Assembly: GCF_006345805.1 (NCBI RefSeq)
Contig: NC_042998.1
Span: 8,432,001 to 8,496,000, forward strand
DNA length: 64,000 nucleotides
Direction of reading: 5' to 3'
Source of the DNA: Octopus sinensis
Taxonomy: Eukaryota
Program-made: the position numbers and the translations under genes
Notes under the pieces: generated by a model
Databases searched by the model: none
What the model was told of the DNA's origin: nothing
What the model saw: only the letters and a program-made list of their open reading frames with translations
In this document: positions 24,197 through 35,572 of the stretch, piece by piece
How the letters are laid out: every line of letters begins with the position of its first letter
Position numbering within the stretch: position 1 is the stretch's first letter

Positions 24197-24688
24197 GCCC
24201 TGATGCAGTACCAGGCAGTGGCTCTCATGGCTTCTGATCTTAACTGATTGGAAGTGTTATCATGTACATTGTTTTGTCTTGGTATAAAAACCAGTTGAGC
24301 TTGTCCCTTAGTGGCTGACGATATGTGCATCTCTGATCACGAGCAGAAGTAGTGGGGGAGCATCATAGCCATGTGTTGAGAGGGATTCTTTAGGGTTTGG
24401 ATAATTCACCTCTAGAAACATGGGTGATTCGTTCAACATCCTTAAACAATCCTTATTCAAGGACCTTTTGAGCGGGATGGGTTACTCTACCAGAAGAAAA
24501 TTCTAACTGGGCCCCACCTTCAAGGTCATGTGCTGTTTATCTTGAGATGAGATCACCATGTCGCGCACATATGGTTGTGATGCATGTGCCTAGTGTACCC
24601 TTATCAGACGGGTAGTCATGATGGGTATACTGGGCTTCGTATATTTTACCCCAGTGTCACTTTGATGGCATGCACTGCTCTCTCACTC
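24194..24688 (+). mobile_element. ~500-bp non-coding interspersed element embedded in (TAA)n, copy 1
   Basis: Flanked by (TAA)n on both sides; homologous to 24727-25213; orientation inferred from the strand of the TAA tail. Confidence 0.7.
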
Positions 24689-24726
24689 AATAATAATAAT
24701 AATAATAATAATAATAGTAATAATTA

Positions 24727-25213
24727 TATGGCTTCTGACCATAACTGACTGGAAGTGTTATGGACATTATTTTGTCTTGGTATAGAAAATGGGCTACAGC
24801 AAATATTCTGCTCAATGCCAGTTGACCTTAGCCAGTTGAGCACGTCCGTTAGTGGCTAATGAGATGTGCATCTCTGATCACGAGCAGAAGTAACTGTGGA
24901 TCATCATAGCCATGTGTTGAGAGGAATTCTTTGGGGTTTGGATAATTCACCTCTAGAAACATAGCTGTTACGTTCAACATCCTTAAACAACCCTTATTCA
25001 GGGACCTTCTGAGCGGGATGGACTACTCGACTTGAAGAAAATTCTAACTGGACCCCACCCTGACGTGTCATGCGCTCTTTATATTGATATGAGATCACCA
25101 TGCTGTGCACATATGGTTGTGATGCATATGCCTGGTGTACCATTATCAGACGGGTAGTCATGATGGGTATATTGGGCTTCGTATATTTTACCCCAGTGTC
25201 GCTTTGATGGCAT
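24727..25213 (+). mobile_element. Same element, copy 2 (diverged, both ends shortened)
   Basis: Colinear with copy 1 from ATGGCTTCTGA to CTTTGATGGCAT; carries an extra ~45 bp absent from copy 1. Confidence 0.7.
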
Positions 25214-25224
25214 AATGGTAATAA

Positions 25225-25580
25225 TTACCTCTGCCTTAGCGAAGGCGGGGGTATTGTTTTCAGTCGTGTTTGTTTGCTTTTTGCTTGTTCTTTTTTTTCT
25301 TCTTTTTTTCTTTTTTCTTGTCCGTTGACAAGAGCCGCTGGATGGATTCGAATGAAAATTTCAGGGATGTTTAGCCTGGTGACTGGCATGAACTGATTAG
25401 ATTCTACGATCGATCCGGTACCGCACAAGGATCCTGGATTATTTTTTGAGTGCGGTCGGGTTCGTTTTTAGTATTCTGGTTTGTGAGAGCAGTCGAGTTT
25501 ATTTCAGATATTCTCATTTTAAAAATCATTGAGAGAACGTTGGTGTTGCCTTGGCGGAGGTTTACGCTCTTTCAGTGTTT
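25225..25580 (+). mobile_element. Helentron-associated non-autonomous element (HINE/DINE-1-like)
   Basis: 5' subTIR TTACCTCTGCC with adjacent partial IR GGCGGGGGT; 3' subTIR GGCGGAGGT followed by a decayed CGCTCT..AGTG stem-loop and T-run. Confidence 0.7.
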
Positions 25581-25611
25581 TTGTTGTTGTTGTTGTTGTT
25601 GTTGTTCTAAA

Positions 25612-25674
<63 letters not shown>

Positions 25675-25723
25675 TACTATTACTATTATTATTATTATTA
25701 TTGTTATTATTGTTATTATTATT

Positions 25724-25757
<34 letters not shown>

Positions 25758-25916
25758 ATATTATTATTATTACTATTACTATTACTATATTATTATTATT
25801 ATTGTTATTATTGTTATTATTATTATTATCATTATATTATTATTATTATTATTATTATTCTATTACTATTACTATTATTATTATTATTATTGTTATTATT
25901 GTTATTATTATTATTA

Positions 25917-25965
<49 letters not shown>

Positions 25966-26001
25966 TACTATTACTATTATTATTATTATTACTACTATTA
26001 C

Positions 26002-26033
<32 letters not shown>

Positions 26034-26081
26034 CATCATCATTTATTATTATTATTATCATTATTATTACTATTACTATTA

Positions 26082-26127
<46 letters not shown>

Positions 26128-26133
26128 GATTAT

Positions 26134-26175
<42 letters not shown>
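25580..26175. repeat. Long compound trinucleotide array (GTT)n(ATT/ACT/ATC)n(GCT)n(GAT)n
   Basis: Direct reading; ends 17 bp upstream of the exon 2 acceptor. Confidence 0.95.
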
Positions 26176-26177
<2 letters not shown>

Positions 26178-26192
26178 CTTTTATTATTTCAG

Positions 26193-26422
26193 CGAGAATA
26201 TAAACAAGTGCCATGATATACCGCCAAACAGCTATATAACGAATTTAACTTCCGTTCGAAGCGTCATCGTGATTTGCAGCGCGTTCTTCATTATTTACAA
26301 CGCCACCGGATTCCCTTATTCCCTGGGCGTGATGTATGAGCCGTGGATGCATGATTATGAAGTTGGCAGAAAGGAAATAACATGGATTTTGTCACTCTGT
26401 ATCGGAGTCATCAGTGTTGCTG
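26193..26422 (+). CDS. SLC16/MCT-like transporter exon 2 (TM1-TM2)
   Basis: TTTCAG| acceptor, G|GTCAGT donor; ENINK...VIVICSAFFIIYNATGFPYSLGVMYEPWMHDYEVGRKEITWILSLCIGVISVA. Confidence 0.9.
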
Positions 26423-26499
26423 GTCAGTCAATTACGATGCTGGTTACTGCAGTGTGCCTTTTTTTTTTTTTGTTTTCTGGTAACATATAATATCTACAG

Positions 26500-26910
26500 G
26501 TTATATGGATAGGAATTGTGCCAAATTTTGGCATTGAAAGCTACACCAATGCCAGGACGGGACGACACTGCATAGTGCCAAAGATCCCAGCAATGCCATC
26601 ACGCTTCAGGACTAGTTACTGCAACAGCCTGGGTTTCAAGGCCCCACAGCTTTTTAATATTCTCCCAAAGAGTCTGAGGAACTTGCACAAAGTAGATGTA
26701 GGGGGTTTTAAATCAAAGCTGGACCTCTTCCAGTCGAGAGTCCCAGATGAACCTACCTCACCGCAAGAGGTGCAAATGAGGGTAGCTATATCAAACTCCA
26801 TGCTTCACCAAGTGCCACATATTAAAGGAGGCTCTTAGTAATAACAGTGTAGCACAAAACGGCGGTGCATCAGCATGGCCGCAGCTCTGAGCTGAAACTA
26901 GAGAGAACAA
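26500..26910 (+). mobile_element. LINE 3' end (CR1/L2-group-like) with 3' UTR
   Basis: NARTGRHCIVP...NSLGFKAPQLFNILPKSLRN...FKSKLDLFQSRVPDEP...SNSMLHQV*, then GGCGGTGCATCAGCATGGCCGCAGCTCTGAGCTGAAAC. Confidence 0.8.
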
Positions 26911-27150
26911 AAAACAAATAGAAAACTAAGCAAATGTGGATGTGTATAAAAGTGGGGGGAAAAATCTCAAACTAAAAACATGCTTTTTAACCGTGTTTGC
27001 GATTGTGGTTGAGAAGCTATTTTCGAAGTTGAAATATATTCAGCTGATGTATCAGGCTAATATAACGTGTCTCTGAGTACCCAAAGAATCTTGATAAAAT
27101 TTTCAATATATTATAGAAGACAGTACAAACATACAGACATAAATGTGCAT

Positions 27151-27519
27151 ATTCTTTTATTCTTTTACTTGTTTCAGTCATTTGACTGTGGCCATGCTGG
27201 AGCACCGCATTTAGTCGAACAAATCGACCCCAGGACTTATCCTTTGTAAGCCCAGTACTTATTCTATCGGTCTCTTTTGCCGAACACACCAGCATCGGTT
27301 GTCAAGCGATGTTGGGGAGACAAACACAGACACACAAACACACACATATATATACGACGGGATTCTTTCAGTTTCCGTCTACCAAATCCACTCACAAGGC
27401 TTTGGTCGGCCCGAGGCTATAGTAGAAGACACATGCCCAAGGTGCCACGCAGTGGGACCGAACCCGGAACCATGTGGTTGGTAAACAAGCTACTTACCAC
27501 ACAGCTACTCTTGCGCCTA
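27151..27519 (-). mobile_element. SINE family B
   Basis: Reverse complement of family B, small internal deletion. Confidence 0.9.
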
Positions 27520-27643
27520 TGTATATGTATATAAATAAATATAAAGTCCATTGCTTCTTATAGCGGAAACAGTTGTAAGCTAATGAAGTTCATATGATAA
27601 TCATTTATTCCTTTGTCATCTCTTTTCTCTTATATATATGTGT

Positions 27644-27691
<48 letters not shown>

Positions 27692-27693
<2 letters not shown>

Positions 27694-27992
27694 AGACACA
27701 TGGCCTAGTGGTTAGAGCAGCGGACTCGCGGTCGAGGAATCGCGAGTTCGAATCTCAGACCGGGTGATGTGTGTGTTTACGAGCGAAACACCTGAGTTCC
27801 ACACGGCTCCGGCAGAAGGTAATGGCGAACTTCTGCTGACTCTTTCGCCACAACTTTCTCTCATTCTTTCCTCCTGCATCTTGCAGCTCACCTGCGACGG
27901 ACCAGTGGCCCGTCCAAGTGGGGAACCTATACGCCAAAGAAACCGAGAAGCCGGCCCTATGAGCCAGGCGTTAGCTCGAGAAGGAACAAACA
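27692..27992 (+). mobile_element. SINE family C, full length
   Basis: TGGCCTAGTGGTTAGAGCAGCGG...GAGTTCGAATCTC tRNA-like head; body shared with 19548; tail GAGAAGGAACAAACAA. Confidence 0.85.
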
Positions 27993-27996
27993 ATAT

Positions 27997-28040
<44 letters not shown>

Positions 28041-28041
<1 letters not shown>

Positions 28042-28648
28042 CAATTTAGGAATGGCCTAAACAGGCCATTCGTCCACCAGAAAGAGCAGCCATAACTCCA
28101 ACCGCCAAGTAGTGTAATTCGGAAATAAGGTGAAAATTTAAAAACATTTACCCTAATTCATCTTTTATACGATGCATCGTTTCAGTGTCTTTAATGATAG
28201 ACCAGCTTAATTAAATTAAATTAAGCTAGTCTACCATAGGTCACACTTCATCAGTAAAAGAAACCTGGGAGAGACGGATATACACGAAGCGACTGTATCA
28301 ATGCCTCGGGAATATCTGTCTTAAAATTTTCAAGACCAACGCATTCGCGCCAAACTTATCGGCAGCAAATATAAACTGCCGATTCAATCTCAGAATTAGT
28401 CAGAAAATTATCAATTAATCAATTTAGGGTAGCAAAAAATTCAGTAAAAATTTATTGCTACCAGCGGCCTAATGGAAAAGAGAAAATAGTCAAAGACTAA
28501 ATATGTATAAATATAACAATGGCCTGTTTAGGCCATTCCTAAATTGTTATATTTATACATATTTAGTCTTTGACTATTTTCTCTTTTCCATTAGGCCGCT
28601 GGTAGCGATAAATTTTTACTGAATTTTTGCTCCCCTAAATTGATTAAT
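28041..28648. mobile_element. (TA)n-flanked element with terminal hairpins and an internal 107-bp-arm fold-back
   Basis: Arms 28414-28520 and 28543-28648 differ by 2 mismatches and 1 indel; related to 58041-58203. Confidence 0.75.
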
Positions 28649-28737
28649 ATATATATATATATATATATTAATTGTTATCGCCATATTATATGGCATTGTT
28701 ATAGATACTTATAGAGACTTAGTAATTTTAATATTTC

Positions 28738-28772
<35 letters not shown>

Positions 28773-28869
28773 CTTTGAGTTAAAATTTAGTTACATTTAC
28801 TGAAAATATATAAATGAAGTTTAAGAACCCAGAACGTATTACACAAAACATATATACGTATAGTTGTTA

Positions 28870-29060
28870 GCACGGCTGTGGAGCAAAAACCTTTGCTCAC
28901 AACCATATGGTTCCAGGTTCAGTCCCACTGTGTGGTACCTTAGCTAAGTGTCTTCTTTTATAGCCCAGGTTGAGTAAAGCCGTGAGAGGATTTGAAAGAC
29001 GGAAACTGAGGGAAGCCAGTTGTACATGTATTTGTGTGTTGTGTGTGTGTGTGTGTGTAA
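28870..29060 (+). mobile_element. SINE family B, 5' half, degenerate
   Basis: GGTTCCAGGTTCAGTCCCACTG..TGG.ACCTT..CTAAGTGTCTTC. Confidence 0.75.
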
Positions 29061-29320
29061 ATATATATATATATGTGTGTGTTTGTGTTTGTGTTTCCAC
29101 TTATGTGTGGGTGTATCTTTGCGCTTTTTTGGAACCTAGTTCTGACCGGATTAAAATTACAAGGTAAAAGTTTTTATTTTTCATTCCTTTTGAAGATTGC
29201 TCTTAAAAGTGGTTTTTGTTCGTTTTGACTACTTCTTCTGGCGTGTAAAAACTGCCTGTTGAAGGCAGTTTTCTCTGGTGTTAAAATGCACACTTTTATA
29301 TATATATACATATATATATA

Positions 29321-30343
29321 TATTGTTATATTTCGGAATGGTCATATTGCCAGTTTAGCCAATAAAAACACACGCACTATATATTTGGTGTTATTTTGCT
29401 TCAGTGATATTTATTTTTTACATTAATCTTAATCTTATTCGGCCAAAGTTATTTCGTCACAACTCCTGTGACCGCATCAGTGGTCCTTTGTTTCTTCTCA
29501 CTTACTGTGTCTCTCCTTACTAACCGTCAGCCATTTTATATTTCTATTGTATGTCTTCATTTGCGCATGTTTATATCTCTATGTGCGTCTATGTTTATTT
29601 AGTGTGTGTGGGGGGGGGATGCCTGTAATATTTGTATCTTCTGGTTATATACATTCTTGTAATTTGTATTTTGTTTTTGTTGTTGTTGCTTTTTGTTCTA
29701 ATTTTGTTCATGTGTTTACATCCACCCATTATTATCATTACATATGCTTGTATGTATGTATAACAACAATATTAGTAATAATAATAAAAATCTAATGGAA
29801 AAAAAAAAAAAAAGGATATACATATACATATATATATATACATACACATACATATACATATATATATATACATATACACACACTATATACACATATACAT
29901 ATACATATATATACACATATACATATATATAGATATTCATTTCTATTTCTTTAATTACCTGTGTATTTATTATGTTTGCAGGATCCACTATTGTCATATG
30001 TTGTGGTGTGCGCTATTGCTCCATTCTAGTTTTCTATTCAGGCTAAATAAACACACACACTAAATAAACATAGACGCACATAGAGATATAAACATGCGCA
30101 AATGAAGACATACAATAGAAATATAAAATGGCTGACGGTTAGTAAGGAGAGACACAAGTAAGTGAGAAGAAAAACAAAGGACCACTGATGCGGTCACAGA
30201 GTGTGACGAAAGAACTTTGGCCGAAATAAGATTAAGATTAATGTAAAAAATAAATATCACTGAAGCAAAATAACACCAAATATATAGTGCGTGTGTTTTT
30301 ATTGGCTAAACTGGCAATATGACCATTCCGAAATATAACAATA
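29321..30343. mobile_element. Inverted pair of ~290-bp repeats, Penelope-like pseudo-LTRs
   Basis: 29321-29610 is the near-identical reverse complement of 30052-30343; each arm has a CTGATG..stem..GAAA motif. The IR is seen directly; the Penelope assignment is inference. Confidence 0.7.
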
Positions 30344-30395
30344 TCTGTTTCAACACACGACTTCACATAAAAAATCTTGCACAACAAATATTTAA

Positions 30396-30496
<101 letters not shown>

Positions 30497-30514
30497 TATG
30501 TATGTATATGTATG

Positions 30515-30558
<44 letters not shown>

Positions 30559-31180
30559 CATATTTGTATGTGTCTGTGACGTAATACGGCGCTGGTTGTT
30601 GACACTTCGTAAAAGCAAAAAATACTAAAGCACAAAGCTTCAATGTTGACGCTAATATAAAATTTATAAAATGGATTGAAGCCATTATTAAGTAGAGTGA
30701 CTAAAATAGCATCGGTGTTTCTCTAGACAATCTAATTTATAAATCTAATTACTACACGAAACATTATGACACTCCATCGGTTAAAGGGATCGTGAAGTGC
30801 CTTGAGATACCTCACTTAACTTTATTTGTTGCATTACTACAAAATAGAAACCGAAATAGTAAAATCTTATTCTAGTTAGTAAAAACAACGTTGAACAACC
30901 TTTATCAATGTAATCTAAAACATATTACAAAGTAGATGCGAGGAAGAGTGTAGAGGAATGAGAGAGAAGGGTGGATTAAACGAAAATAGAATGGACATTG
31001 AGAAGTATCAAAAAAATATTCTAAGGAAAAAAATGAGATAACGTGGGCGAGACTTTAAGGAAAAATACTTAAAGTGACGTGAGACAAAAATAAGGAAACA
31101 CGAAAAGCTAACATGAGAATAAAGGCACAGCTTAAATATTAAGTGATTTTTAATGATGTTCCTGTCTGCTCTTTACATAG

Positions 31181-31324
31181 GTACAGTCGTTGGTGTGTTC
31201 ATCAATAAAATTGGTCTAAGAGCTACACTCCTGCTAGGCAGTCTCTTAAGTTCTCTAGGCACGCTATTGAGCACGTTTACGTACACAACTCCTTATCTGG
31301 CGGCGTCACTGGGAATTGTTACAG
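31181..31324 (+). CDS. SLC16/MCT-like transporter exon 3 (TM3-TM4)
   Basis: TTTACATAG| acceptor, CAG|GTTAGT donor, phase 1-1; GTVVGVFINKIGLRATLLLGSLLSSLGTLLSTFTYTTPYLAASLGIVT. Confidence 0.93.
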
Positions 31325-31362
31325 GTTAGTATCACTGTCTTTATTACCACTACTGCTGCTGC

Positions 31363-31406
<44 letters not shown>

Positions 31407-31432
31407 CCACTACCGCATCTACCATTAATACC

Positions 31433-31849
31433 TATTTCTTTACTACCCACAAGGGGCTAAACACAGAGAAGAAAAACAAGGACAGACAAACGGATTAAGT
31501 CGATTACATCGACCCCAGTACGTAACTGGTACTTATTTAATCGACCCGGAAAGGATGAAAGGCAAAGTCGACCTCGGCGGAATTTGAACTCAGAACGTAG
31601 CGGCAAACGAAATACCTATTTCTTTACTACACACAAGGGGCTAAACATAGAGGGGACAAACAAGGACAAACAAACGGATTAAGTCGATTATATCGACCCC
31701 AGTGCGTAGCTGGTACTTAATTTATCGACCCCGAAAGGATGAAAGGCGAAGTCGACCTCGGCGGAATTTGAATTCAGAACGTAGCGTCAGACGAAATACC
31801 GCTAAGCATTTCGCCCGGCTTGCTAACGATTCTGCCAGCTCGCCGCCTT
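31433..31849 (-). mobile_element. SINE family A dimer (head + 2 x 184-bp body) with one 16-bp TSD
   Basis: TSD ATCTACCATTAATACC at 31417-31432 and 31850-31865; junction GAAATACC|TATTTC at 31616/31617. Confidence 0.93.
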
Positions 31850-32372
31850 ATCTACCATTAATACCGTGAGCAGAATTTTCACAAACATCACTATTTCTAC
31901 CATCGTCACTAGTATAGTCTTTGACACCAAACATCGTCACACCATAGGCACTACCATAATTTGCCAATGCAAATTATATTACATTGGCTTCATGAATTCA
32001 ATGTCTTCAAATCTTACTATGCAGGAATCTATGAATCTTCGAGTATATCCCTCATCACATATTGTTTGCATTACATTTATATAAATATTCTTAGCCTTTC
32101 TATGAAGTTTGGTTTGTCATAAAGCTTAATTTTACTTTCAGTTGCTTATTTTTGTTTTTTCATCAACATCATAGTCTACATGTAACTGTGTGTATTTAAG
32201 ATTCTCTACTCATGGCAAGGCTAATATCTGAGATTTCGTTATTCGGAACAAAATTTTTGATTTTGGAATTACCCTAACAAAAGGCAAACTAAGTCTTCAT
32301 CGTTAACTATGTCTAATAGGAACTTCCAAAGCTCTTTCAAAAATGGTTAAATTTTTATGCGAAAATAGATCC

Positions 32373-32608
32373 TTATTTCTTTACTGCCCACAAGGGGCTA
32401 CACACAGAGGGCACAAACAAGGACAAACAAACGAATAAAGTCGATGGTATCGACGCCAGTGCGCGTAACTGGTGCTTATTTAATCGACCCCAAAAGGATG
32501 AAAGGCAAAGTCGACCTCGGCGGAATTTGAACTCAGAACGTAGCGGCAGACGAAATACCGCTAGGCATTTTGCCCGGCGTGCTAACGTTTCTGCCAGCTC
32601 GCCGCCTT
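32373..32608 (-). mobile_element. SINE family A monomer
   Basis: Full length; decayed TSD GAAAATAGATCCT / GAGAATAGTTCCT. Confidence 0.9.
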
Positions 32609-32649
32609 GAGAGAATAGTTCCTATTCTGCTCTCTATTGTCTCAGCCTG

Positions 32650-33350
32650 CCAATGCTGACCTTTCCATCTATAAGGACATCAAAACTGAGAAATATGAAT
32701 GCTGCGCTCATCTGCAGAAGAGGATGGGACGCTGGCCTAGTACAGGCAAATAGAGAGAAATCATTCACCGGTGATGATGACAAAAAGTATTCTGGTACTG
32801 GAGGTAAGGATAGGCTCAGCCATCCTACCCATACAGGGTCATTATGGAGCTGCCATCAGAAACCACCCTAATAACAAAGCCTCCATGAAGACAGCCACAT
32901 GGTCAATTTTCAAGCACAGGTCCAAGGACCATAGTGACTGTGGTAACTGGTGTCCAGCGAAAAAGGTGGATGACAAACGTGATCCAAACAAAAACTCCCT
33001 GCCAAAATTTGTGACGGATAGAATAAAGCCTGTAGTCTTATATGAGGACAAATTCTTGGATAAGCGCCTGCATAGAAGATCGCAAAATAACAATGAATCA
33101 TTCCACAATTTAGTTTTGGGAACTGTGTCCTGTGTCCTGAATCAACATTTGTCGGGTGATTGCGCCTACAGTTAGCTGTCAATGACGCCATTATAGTTTT
33201 CAATCAAGGAGAAATTTCAAGGATACCACTGTTAGAAAATTTAGGTCTCAGTCATGGCCATCATTTGAGAGAGGGACTGAGGCAAGCTGATGAGCAGAGA
33301 ATGAAAAAAAGCATATGTACCTGGACAGAAATCCATGAACAAAACAAAAC
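32650..33350 (+). mobile_element. Decayed DNA transposase (Mutator-like/Kolobok-like group with the QNxNES motif)
   Basis: HYGAAIRN...MKTATWSIFKH...H..C..WC...LPKFV..RIKPV...SQNNNESFHNLV and LQLAVNDAIIVFNQG...LENLGL..G; frameshifted; superfamily not certain. Confidence 0.7.
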
Positions 33351-34877
33351 ATAAGCGCTCTCAGTTAATAAAATCTCAGAAAAATAGCAAAGGATAGGCC
33401 TCTGGACGTTATTAGACCGTGCAAAACTGCAAATATTTAACTAAAATCTAAGATATTATCCTCGTGCAGCTGAGCAATGTTGTAAAATCAACCATTTCCA
33501 GTGTTTTTTGCGCTTTTCTCTAAATGACATTTCTGACAATGAGCAGAAATATTTAGCTCACGATATCTCCAAGGATAATTGATGTAATAGGCTGATATTT
33601 TGCATCTGTATTACTTTGATGCTTGCCTATGTGTTGCTTTAGTGTGATTAGATAGACTTTATTCGTTCATCTTCCAGGGACACTTGAATGCGACTACCCA
33701 GGGGTCAAAAACGCTTCAACAGCTGCATATGGCTATGAGCGACACCACAACGTCATCAATGTCTAGGCCAATGTCATCAATGTCTTTGATTTAGCATTTA
33801 GTCTGTACCCCCAATATGTGAGCATTCCATGTTAGAGCGTATTATCTTTGATAGTTTGGTAGATAAATTGACCTACAATAAGGGTGTGTTTGCCTTGTCA
33901 GTCGTCTGGTAGCCATTATGAATTTATAATTAGATCATGAATAGATAATGTGGAAATTTGAATATTATGTTTTTTGATAGAACTAACTTTGTTCTTGATG
34001 TATGCCATATTTGGTTTGCCTGAGTTTTATTCCCGCTGAGTGAGAGCATCTTCAATTTAGGGACATTTTCCCACGTCTGAGGCGTTAGTCTTGCCTTGAT
34101 TTAAAGAACAAGTGAAAAAAAATGGTAAAGTGGGTTTAAAGAGATAAGACTTTATAATAGTTTACAGTTTGATATCTTGCTTTCACGACATGGGTTTCAA
34201 TCTAAAACAATTCTGAAGACAACATTCAGTGTATATATTAGCGACAGGAGCAGTGTTAATACCGTGAGGTAAAATTTAACCCCACTTAAACGTGGGTGTT
34301 CTGTTAGAACAAACTTTATTGCAGCAGATACCATGAGAGAAACTCTCATATAGGTTTTGTGCAAAATGCACACTTGTTTGTATCGCTAGCAGCGAGATAG
34401 ATCCCCACCAACTCTAGCGCAGAAACCACTTGTTCACGTGATTTCGACCTTCGTTTGTCTCATCAGTGATGGAAACTCAGATGTATTTTTAGAAATATAT
34501 AGTCGAACATAATAGTAGTATTTCTTTTATCCAAGTCAATAAATCACATAAAGGTGTCCATCAACAGATAGTTCCCTTTAACAGGATAAATATGTTTTAA
34601 CACTGATGTGGAAAATGAATTGCAGGGTATTTTGTAACTAGATGTTCTTATCAACGAGTTATTAGTCCCACAAAAACTTTCTCCAAAATCTATCTTCCCT
34701 TAAGAACAGTTTAAAATGAAGGCAATAGACAACATGATATTCTATCTAGTAAAGCTGCGAAACAATTACATCGGATTTGCTGTCGAAATCTACGTAAAGA
34801 TACACATAGCTTTATGTGTTTAATTGATATAATTATGTCATGAGCACGCACATACACGCAGATATATATATGTGGAT

Positions 34878-34924
<47 letters not shown>

Positions 34925-34927
34925 GAC

Positions 34928-35071
<144 letters not shown>

Positions 35072-35519
35072 GCTCGTTGAATACAATCAAGATAAATATA
35101 ATAGTAGTATCTCTTTTATGCTTTATGCATTTTTACTAATTTTGAAGGACGTTTAATGAAATGGTGTGTAACAGCCAACAGAAGAGTCCTGAACAGTTGA
35201 ATATTATTTCGTCTCACTAATGAGACTTACTTCATTCGAGCTCTTATAAGGTCAGAGAAACTAGTTATTTTTAATTAATCATTTGTTCTGTGGATCACTA
35301 CGAATTTGCATTGAGCTTTCTTTAGCTTATGTGTAAATGGGGGCGTATATAGCTACATGCATTTCTTTATAATTTTCTAATCAAACGCAGATTTTGCTTA
35401 AATTTGCACATGAAATCAGTTAGCTGGATTGGTGTGGCGTTAGAAACGGACGTTATGTAAACAATAGTAAATGATATTGAAGTTGTGCAAGATTCATTCC
35501 TTGCTTTCTTAACTGTATC

Positions 35520-35572
<53 letters not shown>

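Noticed and set aside
24194-24688. Hammerhead or HDV-like ribozyme in the TAA-associated element
   Set aside because: CTGATGC and rc CTGATAAG are present, but no stem II-GAAA follows; I could not build an HDV pseudoknot by eye
25519-26214. Poly-I/L/Y ORFs, and all YI/CV/HT-repeat ORFs elsewhere
   Set aside because: Microsatellite translations
31433-31849. Retrozyme interpretation of the 184-bp SINE multimers
   Set aside because: No CUGANGA/GAAA hammerhead core on either strand of the unit
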